In this document: positions 24,101-33,299 of the stretch, piece after piece
Numbering within the stretch: the stretch's first letter is position 1
How the letters are laid out: every line of letters starts with the position of its first letter
Source: a virus
Taxonomy: Duplodnaviria > Caudoviricetes
IMG/VR virus record: IMGVR_UViG_3300044850_000077
Location: 1-33,392 of that record
Direction: 5' to 3' (one strand)
Length of the DNA stretch: 33,392 nt
Position numbers and translations under genes: made by a program
Notes under the pieces: generated by a model
What the model saw: only the letters and a program-made list of their open reading frames with translations
Database searches by the model: none
What the model was told of the DNA's origin: nothing

Positions 24101-24619
24101 TCAAGCGTTCACATCCTCCGCTGGATGTTTCAATATGACAACATAGGAATTGACGGATAGATCGCCGCCGTCGGTCTGCGCAATGACGCCATCCGTTGAG
24201 ATCACCGACTCGAACTTACTGGCTTGATCTCCGCTGACGCCGCGCACCCCAACCAGGTCTTCGATCACATCGCCCTTCATGGCGCCTGTCAGATGGATCG
24301 TTCCCGCGCCGCTTCGCCCGTCGAATTGATATTTGCGATATTTGAGCGCCTCTGATTCCAACTGTACCAAAAGCCCGTTCACGCCATCGTCGCTTTTCCC
24401 GATCATCATCGGGTTGTCATACCAGGACAATGTCAGAACCAATGCCGCCGCTTTTGCCTTGCCATGAATCGGAATATCGGCGGTCCAGTCGCGGCCTGTT
24501 GCGCCCTCGATATATTCATCCACCAGCGGCAGTAATTGCGCCACCAGCGGATTATCATCCTCGGTACGCAGGAAGAGCGCGGCTTCGGAGGGGGTAAGTA
24601 TGTTTGTCATAGTTTTCAT
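24101..24619 (-). CDS. Head-tail connector (gp6-like) with C-terminal extension
   Basis: ILTPSEAALFLR.EDD...VDEYIEGATG...AKAAALVLTLSWYDNP, plus about 75 extra residues. Confidence 0.8.
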   Translation of the reverse strand: MKTMTNILTPSEAALFLRTEDDNPLVAQLLPLVDEYIEGATGRDWTADIPIHGKAKAAALVLTLSWYDNPMMIGKSDDGVNGLLVQLESEALKYRKYQFDGRSGAGTIHLTGAMKGDVIEDLVGVRGVSGDQASKFESVISTDGVIAQTDGGDLSVNSYVVILKHPAEDVNA

Positions 24620-24660
24620 TTTTCTCCCTCAAAATCCATCACGATCCTGAGGGAGAAAAA
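24619..24660 (-). promoter_or_regulatory. Long hairpin sequestering the connector SD
   Basis: 13-bp perfect inverted repeat 24619-24631/24648-24660 extended by G-U pairs; the 3' arm carries GGGAG and reaches the ATG. Confidence 0.55.
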
Positions 24661-24661
24661 A

Positions 24662-24823
24662 TCATTTTTTCTTTTTCACGGGAGTCTCGTCCGCGTTTTT
24701 CTCTGCGGCAACAGACTCGGGTTCGACCACCGTCCAGCCCAGCCGTTTATGATCTTCCACACAAACAGGGTTGACATTGATGGTCTCGCCGTCCTTGGTC
24801 ATGGAAATCAATTGTTCAGCCAT
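24662..24823 (-). CDS. Small post-capsid protein (53 aa)
   Basis: Manual translation MAEQLISMTKDGETINVNPVCVEDHKRLGWTVVE...KKKK. Confidence 0.75.
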   Translation of the reverse strand: MAEQLISMTKDGETINVNPVCVEDHKRLGWTVVEPESVAAEKNADETPVKKKK

Positions 24824-24827
24824 AAGC

Positions 24828-25976
24828 CTAACCTTTCAACAGCGCGACGTGTTCCGGCTTGATGACCGAGACGCCCCAGGCAACAGCCACCATGTAGACG
24901 TTCATGCCGAACCCGGGATAGATCGCAAACTCGAGCGGGATGCCTGTCATGGGATCGGTGATGATCTCGCGGTCAATCGCCAGGTCGCCTTCGGGCGGGA
25001 TGTAGCGCAGGCGGGTCGCAAGCAAAACCGCATTGCGGCTGAATGCGACATTGGCGCTGTAACTGTTCGTTACGGTTACAGCATCGTTATCCACATGCGA
25101 GCACAACAGACCAGGCGCGGCAATGACCAGGTTCCCACCAGAAAGAGCCGTTGTCACAACATACTGGTTGGTATCAGCGGGAGTGCCGTTCGCGATGGTG
25201 ATCACATCGCCCGCCACGATGGTGCCGCTACCGGTATCCACCGCGATGGTCGTTGCCCCAACAGCATGAGCGCCATTCAATTGATAGGACGCGCCGGTGC
25301 CTTTGGTGTGATTCTGAACCTTCGCAGACTCACGCACAGCCAGGTTATGCAGATCCAGCAACTGACCGCGCCGCACCAAATCCTGCGAACCAGCCTCGTT
25401 AACCTTTGTCAATTGCGCCAGCGTGCGGAGCTTGGCTCCCGCAGTGGTGTTGAGGACGAGCGAGCGATCCGATGACGGCGCGCCGTTGTCGTCCAAAATT
25501 TTCTTGATGTTGGCAGGGTCAGACAGGTCTGAAGCAAACGGCGTAGTGCCTGATGTACCGTAGGCGCGTGAGGCGGCTTTATAGGCGGCCAAAGCGATAT
25601 CTGTTTCCATTTCATTCATCGCGGCGCGGATCGCCTGTGCGATCTGGTCCTGCTGAATGGTCAGGTAACCGGGACCTGCGTCAACAGACCGCTGTTCCTC
25701 TCCCGTCCAGGAAAAAGGAAAATAGCGGTTCTTGCTGATGGTCAGCGATTTATTTCCGATCGTCTGGTCAGCCGCGGCAGGCAACGACATCGCGGGAGTG
25801 GCGTCTGCGCCAGCGGCATTCGGGGGGGTCTGCGCCACGCGCAGGGTCTGTCCCACCGCCACGCGGTCGGCTTTTGCATCGCGGGCGACCGCCGGGATAA
25901 ACCCGACAAGCTCACGCGAGACCACGTCCAGCGCGGCATAGGCGTCGGGAATCAAGTTTGTAAGTGTGTTAGCCAT
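24828..25976 (-). CDS. Major capsid protein (P22 coat/gp5-like) with inserted domain
   Basis: MANTLTNLIP...LDVVSRELVGFIPAV, LDDNGAPSSDR, AVAWGVSVIKPEHVALL; insert GATTIAVDTGSGTIVAGDVITIA. Confidence 0.85.
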   Translation of the reverse strand: MANTLTNLIPDAYAALDVVSRELVGFIPAVARDAKADRVAVGQTLRVAQTPPNAAGADATPAMSLPAAADQTIGNKSLTISKNRYFPFSWTGEEQRSVDAGPGYLTIQQDQIAQAIRAAMNEMETDIALAAYKAASRAYGTSGTTPFASDLSDPANIKKILDDNGAPSSDRSLVLNTTAGAKLRTLAQLTKVNEAGSQDLVRRGQLLDLHNLAVRESAKVQNHTKGTGASYQLNGAHAVGATTIAVDTGSGTIVAGDVITIANGTPADTNQYVVTTALSGGNLVIAAPGLLCSHVDNDAVTVTNSYSANVAFSRNAVLLATRLRYIPPEGDLAIDREIITDPMTGIPLEFAIYPGFGMNVYMVAVAWGVSVIKPEHVALLKG

Positions 25977-25988
25977 TGTTTATCTCCT

Positions 25989-26357
25989 TTAGGCTTCGAG
26001 CAATGTTCCGCCGGAGCGTATGAACTCCCAGCGTTTGCGACTATCGAGCGCCTGGAACTCAGTACGCTTCATGGTTTTCCCGTCGGGGTTGCCTTCGGGT
26101 TCAACAGGCAGTTCAGAGACGGGCACAAAGTTCTTCAACAGATCGTTCGGCGCCTGCGCCTTCACGAGTTTGTTATAGAACTGTTGCGCCTGGTCACGTT
26201 TGGCAATGGCTTCGTCCAGATTCGACTCCAATGCCAACGCTTCTTCTGCGCCTTCCGGGGTTTCCAACTTCATCGCCGCTTCAATCTGGTTGACGATGGA
26301 TTGCACAGCGGCTTGCGCGTTGGTCACACGGTCGAGAAAGGGTTTTAGATCAGCCAT
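25989..26357 (-). CDS. Scaffolding-like coiled-coil protein
   Basis: Start MADLKPF at 26357 with SD GGAG; helical; C-terminal MKRTEFQALDSRKRWEFIRSGG. Confidence 0.7.
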   Translation of the reverse strand: MADLKPFLDRVTNAQAAVQSIVNQIEAAMKLETPEGAEEALALESNLDEAIAKRDQAQQFYNKLVKAQAPNDLLKNFVPVSELPVEPEGNPDGKTMKRTEFQALDSRKRWEFIRSGGTLLEA

Positions 26358-27144
26358 TGGTTTCTCCTTGTATTTGGTTGATACGTTCGCGCAAGCGCTC
26401 ATATTTGCGTTCGCGCTCGACATTCTCCGCCTCAGGTTCGGATTCCTGTCTGGTCAGGTCTCTCAAAGCGGGCGGGACGTTTAGATAGGATTGCAGGGCA
26501 TTGACGTAAGCAATGTTCGTGATCGGACTGCGGGGCGCCTGCTGGCCGCCGCTGTATATCTCATCGGCAAAACCAAGTTCCACCGCTTCACGCGCAGACA
26601 TCCATGTCTCGGATGTCATCATGCGCGCAATGCGTTCCTCGGTCAGTCCGGTCTTCGCAGAATAGGCTGGCACAATACCGTCCTTGATCGCCCGCAGGTC
26701 ATCGCGCAATTTTCCAAGCGTCTCGATATCGAGTTGCGCCAGGAAGACCACGACCGCAGGATCATGGATCATCATGTAAGCCGCGTCAGTGATCTGCACA
26801 CGCCTGCCGGAAATGGCAACGATCACTGCCGCGGAAGCCGCCATGCCCTCGATACGCACCGTGATCTCGCCGGGGTAATCGGTCATGATCGCGCGCATCT
26901 TCGCGGCGGCGATCACATCCCCGCCGGGTGAATTCAACTTCATCAATACGGGACCACCCCTGCCGTTCTGATAAAGTTGCTCTTTGAATATCTTGGGCGT
27001 GATTTCATCCTCGAACCACGAATATTGTGAGATGACGCCGTCGATTTCCATCTCAGGCTGGTCCGTGTCTATATTGACCCAGCGCCAGAATGGATCATGG
27101 GGCAGGTCATCTCCATCAAAACAGCGAATGGGTGGATTAGGCAT
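26350..27144 (-). CDS. ClpP-type head maturation protease
   Basis: LNSPGGDV, EGMAASAA, MMIHDP, ETWMSAREAVELGFAD. Confidence 0.92.
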   Translation of the reverse strand: MPNPPIRCFDGDDLPHDPFWRWVNIDTDQPEMEIDGVISQYSWFEDEITPKIFKEQLYQNGRGGPVLMKLNSPGGDVIAAAKMRAIMTDYPGEITVRIEGMAASAAVIVAISGRRVQITDAAYMMIHDPAVVVFLAQLDIETLGKLRDDLRAIKDGIVPAYSAKTGLTEERIARMMTSETWMSAREAVELGFADEIYSGGQQAPRSPITNIAYVNALQSYLNVPPALRDLTRQESEPEAENVERERKYERLRERINQIQGETNG

Positions 27145-28372
27145 CCTGTAATTCTCCTTGCTTCGTTTCCTGGACTCGTTGCAGGTTTGACATCATCCAA
27201 AATTCACCGCCGCCGTCATATGGGCTTTGTTCGTCCAGGGCACGCGCCTCGTTCGGGGACATTTGCCCGGTTTGAATCTTGATCGAATTCGTTTCCGCAC
27301 GCGCCTTCGCATCCATGCGCAACAGGGAGGCACGGTTGAATTTGAAATAGGTGCTCGATTGTTCCTCGAGTGTCAGCCATTTGATACGCGCCCCCTCCTC
27401 CCACGGCACCAGGTACGCATCCAGCGTGCCCTGTAAATACTCGCCATATTTTTGCTCGTTCGAGTTGTATGCCTCTTTTCCACGGTTGAGCATATGCTCA
27501 GACAAGCCCAGGAAGTTGCAAATATCCCGGTCAGTCGCGTTTATGCCTTCCAGGAATTCGGCATCCTTCGGGTCGATCTGGATCGGCTCGAACTTGGTAA
27601 TGGCGTTATCGAGAACCGCCAGCCCGTATGCGTTTTGCGAGCCTGTCATCGCCTTGGAATACTCCTCGCGAATCTTGTCCCTGCCTTCAGAACTCAACTT
27701 TGCGTTGACCTGTACATAGGCAGAGGCAGTCAAGCCGCTTTTATATAGCTTGGACTCTGTCCTGTAGGCGCTAAGTTGCCGCCCGATCGACTCGCGCGCA
27801 AACCGCAGGACTCCGCGCCCCATCACGCCGCTTTCGTCCGGGTTGATTAACAGATGCAGGATTTCGACATGCGGGATAAAACGCTTTTCGCCGTTGGAAA
27901 ATGTATGCTGATACCACAATGCGCCAGTCTCTTTTTCAAAAACGGGCACAGTTCGTCCCGCAGGCAGGATGAGTAACTGGGGCGGAAAGATCGGAGGCTT
28001 CCAGATGAACGCATTTCCGTGCGTGATCTGCCAGTCTATGATTTGTTTCTTGAACTGGAAGGGCGTCCAGCCCCATTCGTTCGGCGAAACTTGAAGCAGA
28101 TAAGCCAGGTTGCGTAAAAGGGAATCGGCTTCGATCTGCGAAACATTGCCATCATCACGCCTGAATTGCTGGAATGGCATCTTGGCAACATCATCAGAAA
28201 TGATATTCTTGCCGCGATAGAACGTCGCCACAGACATGGCATTCTCTATTGTGACCCGCTCCCCGGATTGAGTGTCATTGCCCGAGCGCGACGGATAATC
28301 GGCGCGCGGGCTGGCTTGCGAATCCGCAACGACCTTATTATTGCTGTTGAACAGGTTGGATATTAGCGCCAT
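27137..28372 (-). CDS. HK97-family portal protein
   Basis: IISDDVAKMPF, PNEWGWTPFQFK, HGNAF, DAEFLE, MSPNEARA. Confidence 0.93.
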   Translation of the reverse strand: MALISNLFNSNNKVVADSQASPRADYPSRSGNDTQSGERVTIENAMSVATFYRGKNIISDDVAKMPFQQFRRDDGNVSQIEADSLLRNLAYLLQVSPNEWGWTPFQFKKQIIDWQITHGNAFIWKPPIFPPQLLILPAGRTVPVFEKETGALWYQHTFSNGEKRFIPHVEILHLLINPDESGVMGRGVLRFARESIGRQLSAYRTESKLYKSGLTASAYVQVNAKLSSEGRDKIREEYSKAMTGSQNAYGLAVLDNAITKFEPIQIDPKDAEFLEGINATDRDICNFLGLSEHMLNRGKEAYNSNEQKYGEYLQGTLDAYLVPWEEGARIKWLTLEEQSSTYFKFNRASLLRMDAKARAETNSIKIQTGQMSPNEARALDEQSPYDGGGEFWMMSNLQRVQETKQGELQDA

Positions 28373-28523
28373 TCTTTGCCAGCTTTCTTCCGATCAACAA
28401 ACTCCAAACGATCATCTCTGCGCCTGCCACGATCCACGCAAACGCAACGGACATCTGTGCCACGCCCACCACAATGGATACGCAACCCAGGAAAAAAAGG
28501 AGATCATCCACATAAGATTTCAA
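28338..28523 (-). CDS. Small two-TM protein preceding the portal
   Basis: Probable TTG start at 28523 overlapping the upstream TGA; DDLLFFLGCVSIVVGV...AWIVAG. Confidence 0.65.
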   Translation of the reverse strand: MKSYVDDLLFFLGCVSIVVGVAQMSVAFAWIVAGAEMIVWSLLIGRKLAKNGANIQPVQQQ

Positions 28524-29329
28524 CTCACCACCATCCAATCCGTCGGGATGAAATACCCCTCCGGCACAAGCGACCCGGAAATATCGAAGTCTCTCCAATC
28601 CAGCGCCACAGGCAGGTACACCAAACCCTTCGGCGTATAAACGGAAGTATCATCGCCCTTGTACACACACGTCGCCCTCTGCCACAACCACGGATACACT
28701 CGCGGGTCTCTATCCAGGTCCGCACGGCGGAACGGCAACAGCCTGCGCATCGTCACATTCCTCTTTGTCGTCTCGCCGCGCAAGCGCACATAAAACGTAT
28801 GGATCGTCTCACTCACTGCCACCATTTCCCCACCGTTCACCATCGTCCCATACCGTTTCTCGCCTTCCTCCCACCATTCCCCCTGCCCCCACATCGTCAA
28901 ACTGGTCGGGCCGCCAGACCATGACTGATACATCCATCCCATCTTCTGCTTCAGCGTCCAGCCATCCGACAAAGGCACGGTCATATCCCGGATCGGGTCC
29001 AGTTCCTCTCGCCCAAATGCGATCAACTGCGCCCTCGCGACCTTCAGCATATCCTCCCGCGTCAAACGGTTGTACTTCGTCACCGCGCTCCAATCCCCGA
29101 CCGGAGGCGTATACAACTCCACCACCTGAAACGTCCCCACAGGCTCCGCCCCCGCCGCATACCGCTTATAAACACTGCAATCCGCCTGCGCCACCATTAT
29201 CGGATCGCCCCACTCGCGCATCCGCATCAAGCGATAACCCGCAGGCGGCGCAATCTTCGGCTTTTGTACGCGCGTCACCTGCACGATGACATCGTCCAGT
29301 TTATGAGGCGCATCGAGAATGATGTTCAA
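28520..29329 (-). CDS. Hypothetical protein in the lysis region (269 aa)
   Basis: Coupled to the endolysin gene; no family recognised. Confidence 0.7.
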   Translation of the reverse strand: MNIILDAPHKLDDVIVQVTRVQKPKIAPPAGYRLMRMREWGDPIMVAQADCSVYKRYAAGAEPVGTFQVVELYTPPVGDWSAVTKYNRLTREDMLKVARAQLIAFGREELDPIRDMTVPLSDGWTLKQKMGWMYQSWSGGPTSLTMWGQGEWWEEGEKRYGTMVNGGEMVAVSETIHTFYVRLRGETTKRNVTMRRLLPFRRADLDRDPRVYPWLWQRATCVYKGDDTSVYTPKGLVYLPVALDWRDFDISGSLVPEGYFIPTDWMVVS

Positions 29330-30204
29330 TTCGGCTCCATGTGGACCACACCAGAACCGTCCGCATATCCATCACGCCTGATCGTGACCGTCACATCGAA
29401 CGGCTCCAATACAGGCGCAGGCGGAACGCCCAAACCATAAAATGAACGGAATGACTGCTCATTCCCATTGTGATTGTTAAGATCGATCGTCGCGCTCGAT
29501 ACGCCGTACAATGCGCCCATGCCGCCGCTGGTGTATTGCCAGCGCAGGAGACTCGCCTCATCCCACGGTTGCGGAATTTTCACTGCATCGGGATTGGCTG
29601 AATACCACGCCAGCCACAGGCGATGGCGCTTGAACCATTCCATACTCCCTGGCACATTCAAAGGCGCTTTGCCCGCAGAAAGCCAGTAGTAATAGCCTGT
29701 GTACAATGGCACGCGCTCATCGGGTAAACCTGTCTTCATCTGAAATTCGCTCATGAACTTATACAGATTCACCCATCCGCCATAATCGCCGTCATATCGT
29801 TCCTCGTAGTCTGCGGCATGGTCCAGTTCGCCATGATCGTTATTCAGGATGCTTGCCCATAATCTCGCCTGTGAGATCGGGTCTACGCGGCTATCATAGA
29901 AAAAATATGAACCGCGCGGCAAACCTGCGGTTTTAGCTTTCGCATAATACTCGTCGAACTTCGTGTCCTTCCACAGGTTCTGTCCTGCGCGGATGATCGT
30001 TCCCTCCGCGCCAGCCTGCTTCATGAGGGAGAAATCGGTCTCACCCTGGTAGAAAGAAACATCCGTGAGGATCACTGAACGGTCGATGGTGATGCGCGGC
30101 TTGATCTTGATCCGCGTATATGGCTTATGGAAGGCATCACGGATCAAAGCGGTCAGGTCGCCGTAGTAACCGCCCGCTTGCATCCCTGGGCTTATATCAA
30201 GCAT
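29326..30204 (-). CDS. Endolysin, GH25 muramidase
   Basis: DVSFYQG, IIRAGQ, GLPRGSYFFY, ADYEE, LWLAWY, WQYTS, IDLN. Confidence 0.9.
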   Translation of the reverse strand: MLDISPGMQAGGYYGDLTALIRDAFHKPYTRIKIKPRITIDRSVILTDVSFYQGETDFSLMKQAGAEGTIIRAGQNLWKDTKFDEYYAKAKTAGLPRGSYFFYDSRVDPISQARLWASILNNDHGELDHAADYEERYDGDYGGWVNLYKFMSEFQMKTGLPDERVPLYTGYYYWLSAGKAPLNVPGSMEWFKRHRLWLAWYSANPDAVKIPQPWDEASLLRWQYTSGGMGALYGVSSATIDLNNHNGNEQSFRSFYGLGVPPAPVLEPFDVTVTIRRDGYADGSGVVHMEPN

Positions 30205-30529
30205 TGGGTTTCCTCTTGATCAATTTCAAAAGTTTCGGGTCGCTTTCCAGGCCGATTGGGGGATTGGGAGGCGTGAGATCGTTGGAATGAAAATTCTCGA
30301 TCAACGTGTACACGTATTGCCAGAGCACGCGGTTCTTATCCTCGAACCGTTCAACCTCGTTCTTTAGTTTCAGCAGATCGTCGTTGAGGATTTGAACCTC
30401 CTTCGACAATTTGAAAAGCGTCTCCACGTCCACGGCGTTTTTCTGCGCCTTTGACAACGACCGTCCACCGTGAAACGATATCAAAGCCACGACGATGATC
30501 GCGATTGCGCTGATGATGGCTTCGTTCAT
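30197..30529 (-). CDS. Single-TM coiled-coil lysis-associated protein
   Basis: Start MNEAIISAIAIIVVALISF at 30529; coiled coil; Pro-rich C-terminus. Confidence 0.6.
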   Translation of the reverse strand: MNEAIISAIAIIVVALISFHGGRSLSKAQKNAVDVETLFKLSKEVQILNDDLLKLKNEVERFEDKNRVLWQYVYTLIENFHSNDLTPPNPPIGLESDPKLLKLIKRKPNA

Positions 30530-30536
30530 GCGCTGA

Positions 30537-30959
30537 TTAGTGACCAGGCTTTTTCGCGAGGGTGAACGCGGGGGCAATCTTCCCGAGAACGTCCGCCAGC
30601 AAAATGTTATATAAAGCCGTTGCCACGGCGAACAATTGCGCGCCAGAGGTCAATAATGCGCCGCACCACGCAAACAATCCGTTGATGAAGATCACGAAAT
30701 CGCCATCGAACGTTGGGAAATTCGGTATCACGAATCCCTGGAACAACACCGCGCACATGACCGAAAGTATCAGCAACACGCCTGAAAGGTGGAACTTGCT
30801 CACCTCTTTGCCTGTGCGCACGGCGATCAGTTTCACCGTCCACACGACCACGATCGCGATCAACGATAACAATGCCAACTGGTTATCCTGCGTCCACACA
30901 AACCCGCTTGCCACCAGCGCCAGCACGATCTTTGCCACAGTCTGCCAATCGAATTTCAT
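30537..30959 (-). CDS. Holin-like polytopic membrane protein
   Basis: Three to four hydrophobic segments, strong SD, first gene of the lysis block. Confidence 0.6.
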   Translation of the reverse strand: MKFDWQTVAKIVLALVASGFVWTQDNQLALLSLIAIVVVWTVKLIAVRTGKEVSKFHLSGVLLILSVMCAVLFQGFVIPNFPTFDGDFVIFINGLFAWCGALLTSGAQLFAVATALYNILLADVLGKIAPAFTLAKKPGH

Positions 30960-30973
30960 GTCATTCTCCTTGT

Positions 30974-31056
30974 GAAAATAAAAGCACCCGACGAATCTTG
31001 TGATTCGTCGGGTGCATCGGTTCCGAACATCGTCCCGATATGTAACCGGGACTGCT
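30974..31056 (-). ncRNA. Structured late leader B with intrinsic terminator
   Basis: 14-bp stem 30984-30997/31002-31015 followed by TTTTATTTT; upstream GTCCCG/CGGGAC hairpin; resembles leader A. Confidence 0.65.
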
Positions 31057-31112
31057 TTTTATATGGCGTGTGGCGAACAGCCTGAGGGGGACAGGTTGCC
31101 CGCCACGCTTGA

Positions 31113-31141
31113 ATACTACCCCAAAACCTGTGAAAAATCAA
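31113..31141 (-). promoter_or_regulatory. Sigma70-like late promoter
   Basis: TTGATT(31141-31136)-17-TAGTAT(31118-31113). Confidence 0.55.
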
Positions 31142-31163
31142 TTCCCATCAGGTTGTAAAAACA

Positions 31164-32747
31164 TCACATACCCCAGTCATCATTCATAATCGCCGCCAAT
31201 GACCCAACGTCGTTGAAGCGCGCCCGCGCCATTGCGCACACCAGGGCGGTGATCAGGTCAATGCGCTTGGTTCGATCCACATGCTTGCCTTTGCGTTCTT
31301 TCACATATTTGATCTGGGCGTTCCCATTCTTGGCAATGGATGTGTTTCCAAAACACCAGCGCGCAACGGGATTAGATTCGTGTGTCATCCTCTTGCTTCG
31401 CAGGAGAATCTCGATGGTGTTCATCGGGTCTGTCAGGCTGGCGTAAGTCTGTGGGATATCCACGACATTCATTCCATCCTGCTCGAGCCGTTGCAGTAAC
31501 ATCGCCGCAAAGGATCGGTCAGCATCCAACTCCTTGACATCATACAGTTTGCGGCATTCGTTGATCCTCGATTCGATCAACGTATAATCGATCATGTCGC
31601 CAGGTGTGGAAGACAACCATCCAGCCGCAACCCATTTATCGTATGGGACGTGGTCCATGCGAATCCGCTCCTTCATGTTGATCTCTGGAATCCAGCAATC
31701 CCAGATCACACGCCATTCATCAAAACCGTCCTGCGGCGGGAATAATAAACATATCGCGGACAGGTCCGTTGTCGTTGACAAATCCAAACCCATATAGCAC
31801 TCTCTTCCGAGAAGGTCGTTGCGATTCCATTTTCCGTTCGTGCTATCAAACAGATCAAGCGGAAGCCAGCCTGCCAGCTTTGTCGTCACCCACTGGTTAA
31901 GGTGCAACCAGCGGAATGTCAATTCATCGGATGGGGAGAGTTTCGCATCATCCGCCAGTACCCGCAAATCCTCGATTCGCAAATGCTCACCCAATGACGG
32001 GTTCGCCTTTTTCCAGTTCTCCTCGTTGTAGATATCCTCCCCGTTGTAGCCATAAATAACAGGATACCAGGATGGACTATCCTGAGAGAGATCGCCTGAT
32101 TCACGCGCCTGTAAAATGATCTGCGCCTTTTCATGGATTTCCCATCCTATCGTCACACGGTTGGGGTCCATACCTGCGGTGGTAATCACCCATAATAACG
32201 GCTGGCGACGCGCCAGGAATGCGCCTTTCGTCATCACGTCCCATAATTCACGCGAGGGTTGCGCATGGAGTTCATCGAATAATACGATGGACGGTCGATA
32301 TCCATGCTTGCTGAAGCTCTCACTTGACAATGCCTTGTACTTTGTCCCCGTTTCTGTGTTGGTGATCTCCTTGTAGCTGTCAACGATTTTCACACGCTTC
32401 ATCAACGCCTTATCCTGCTCGATCATTTCAACGGTTGTATGGTAGATGATGGATGCCTGCTCGCGGTCACTGGCACAGGAATATATTTCCCCGTTTGGCT
32501 CCTCTTTATCGAACAAATGCAAAACATTTATCGCGCCGATCAACGCCGTCTTTCCTTGCTTCTTCGGAGCCTCCAGATAAACATTGCGATATTTTCTCAA
32601 GCCGCGTTCGTTCAACGTTCCAAAAACATCCCAAATAATTTGATGTTGCCACTCCAAAAGATTGAACGGCACACCATGATAATCATTGGTCAAATTCAGA
32701 AGGGAGATAAATTTAACCGCCCGCTTTGCTTTTGCACGATCGAGCAT
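31164..32747 (-). CDS. terL: Terminase large subunit
   Basis: EAPKKQGKT Walker A, LFDELH Walker B, ITTAG, GLDLS nuclease motif, KRIDLITA. Confidence 0.95.
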   Translation of the reverse strand: MLDRAKAKRAVKFISLLNLTNDYHGVPFNLLEWQHQIIWDVFGTLNERGLRKYRNVYLEAPKKQGKTALIGAINVLHLFDKEEPNGEIYSCASDREQASIIYHTTVEMIEQDKALMKRVKIVDSYKEITNTETGTKYKALSSESFSKHGYRPSIVLFDELHAQPSRELWDVMTKGAFLARRQPLLWVITTAGMDPNRVTIGWEIHEKAQIILQARESGDLSQDSPSWYPVIYGYNGEDIYNEENWKKANPSLGEHLRIEDLRVLADDAKLSPSDELTFRWLHLNQWVTTKLAGWLPLDLFDSTNGKWNRNDLLGRECYMGLDLSTTTDLSAICLLFPPQDGFDEWRVIWDCWIPEINMKERIRMDHVPYDKWVAAGWLSSTPGDMIDYTLIESRINECRKLYDVKELDADRSFAAMLLQRLEQDGMNVVDIPQTYASLTDPMNTIEILLRSKRMTHESNPVARWCFGNTSIAKNGNAQIKYVKERKGKHVDRTKRIDLITALVCAMARARFNDVGSLAAIMNDDWGM

Positions 32748-33299
32748 TTACAACAACTCTTCCATTTCGCTTTTGGGTTCATCGGGTTCTTTTGTTGGCG
32801 GCGCCACTCCCGCACGGGAACGCGGCGTGAGATAAAGACTCTGACTCAACGCGTGCAACAGCTTGCGCTTTCCATCCAGGCGGGCATCCATGCCTTGAAA
32901 ACGCTGAAAGAGACCGTTCACCACATCCCACATCCTGCCCCACTCTTTTAAGTTTTTATCGTTTGGCTTGATGCGCTTCGCTTGTTTGAGTTGTTCCTGC
33001 CATTCCTTTTTGATTACGACGCGCAAATCCGACAACTCTATGACCTCCTCTTCAAGCAGACAGTACTTAACGAGCAAATCCGAATCGAATGCAGTGGCGA
33101 TCTTGCCATCGATTTCAAAATACAACGATACAACGCGTGTCCATGTTGTAGATGCAACCTTGTGTCCATTCAGCAACTTGGGCGGCTTGCGGCTCAAGTC
33201 GGTTTTCGGGGTCATTGCAGACTCTCCGTCAACCCGCGACTGACGATCCACCCGAGTCTCATCACGAACAATCAAAACTGATGATTTACGAGCAGGCAT
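32748..33299 (-). CDS. terS: Terminase small subunit (P27-like)
   Basis: Directly upstream of terL; PPKLL...W, D..LLVKYC, LYLTPRSRA. Confidence 0.85.
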   Translation of the reverse strand: MPARKSSVLIVRDETRVDRQSRVDGESAMTPKTDLSRKPPKLLNGHKVASTTWTRVVSLYFEIDGKIATAFDSDLLVKYCLLEEEVIELSDLRVVIKKEWQEQLKQAKRIKPNDKNLKEWGRMWDVVNGLFQRFQGMDARLDGKRKLLHALSQSLYLTPRSRAGVAPPTKEPDEPKSEMEELL

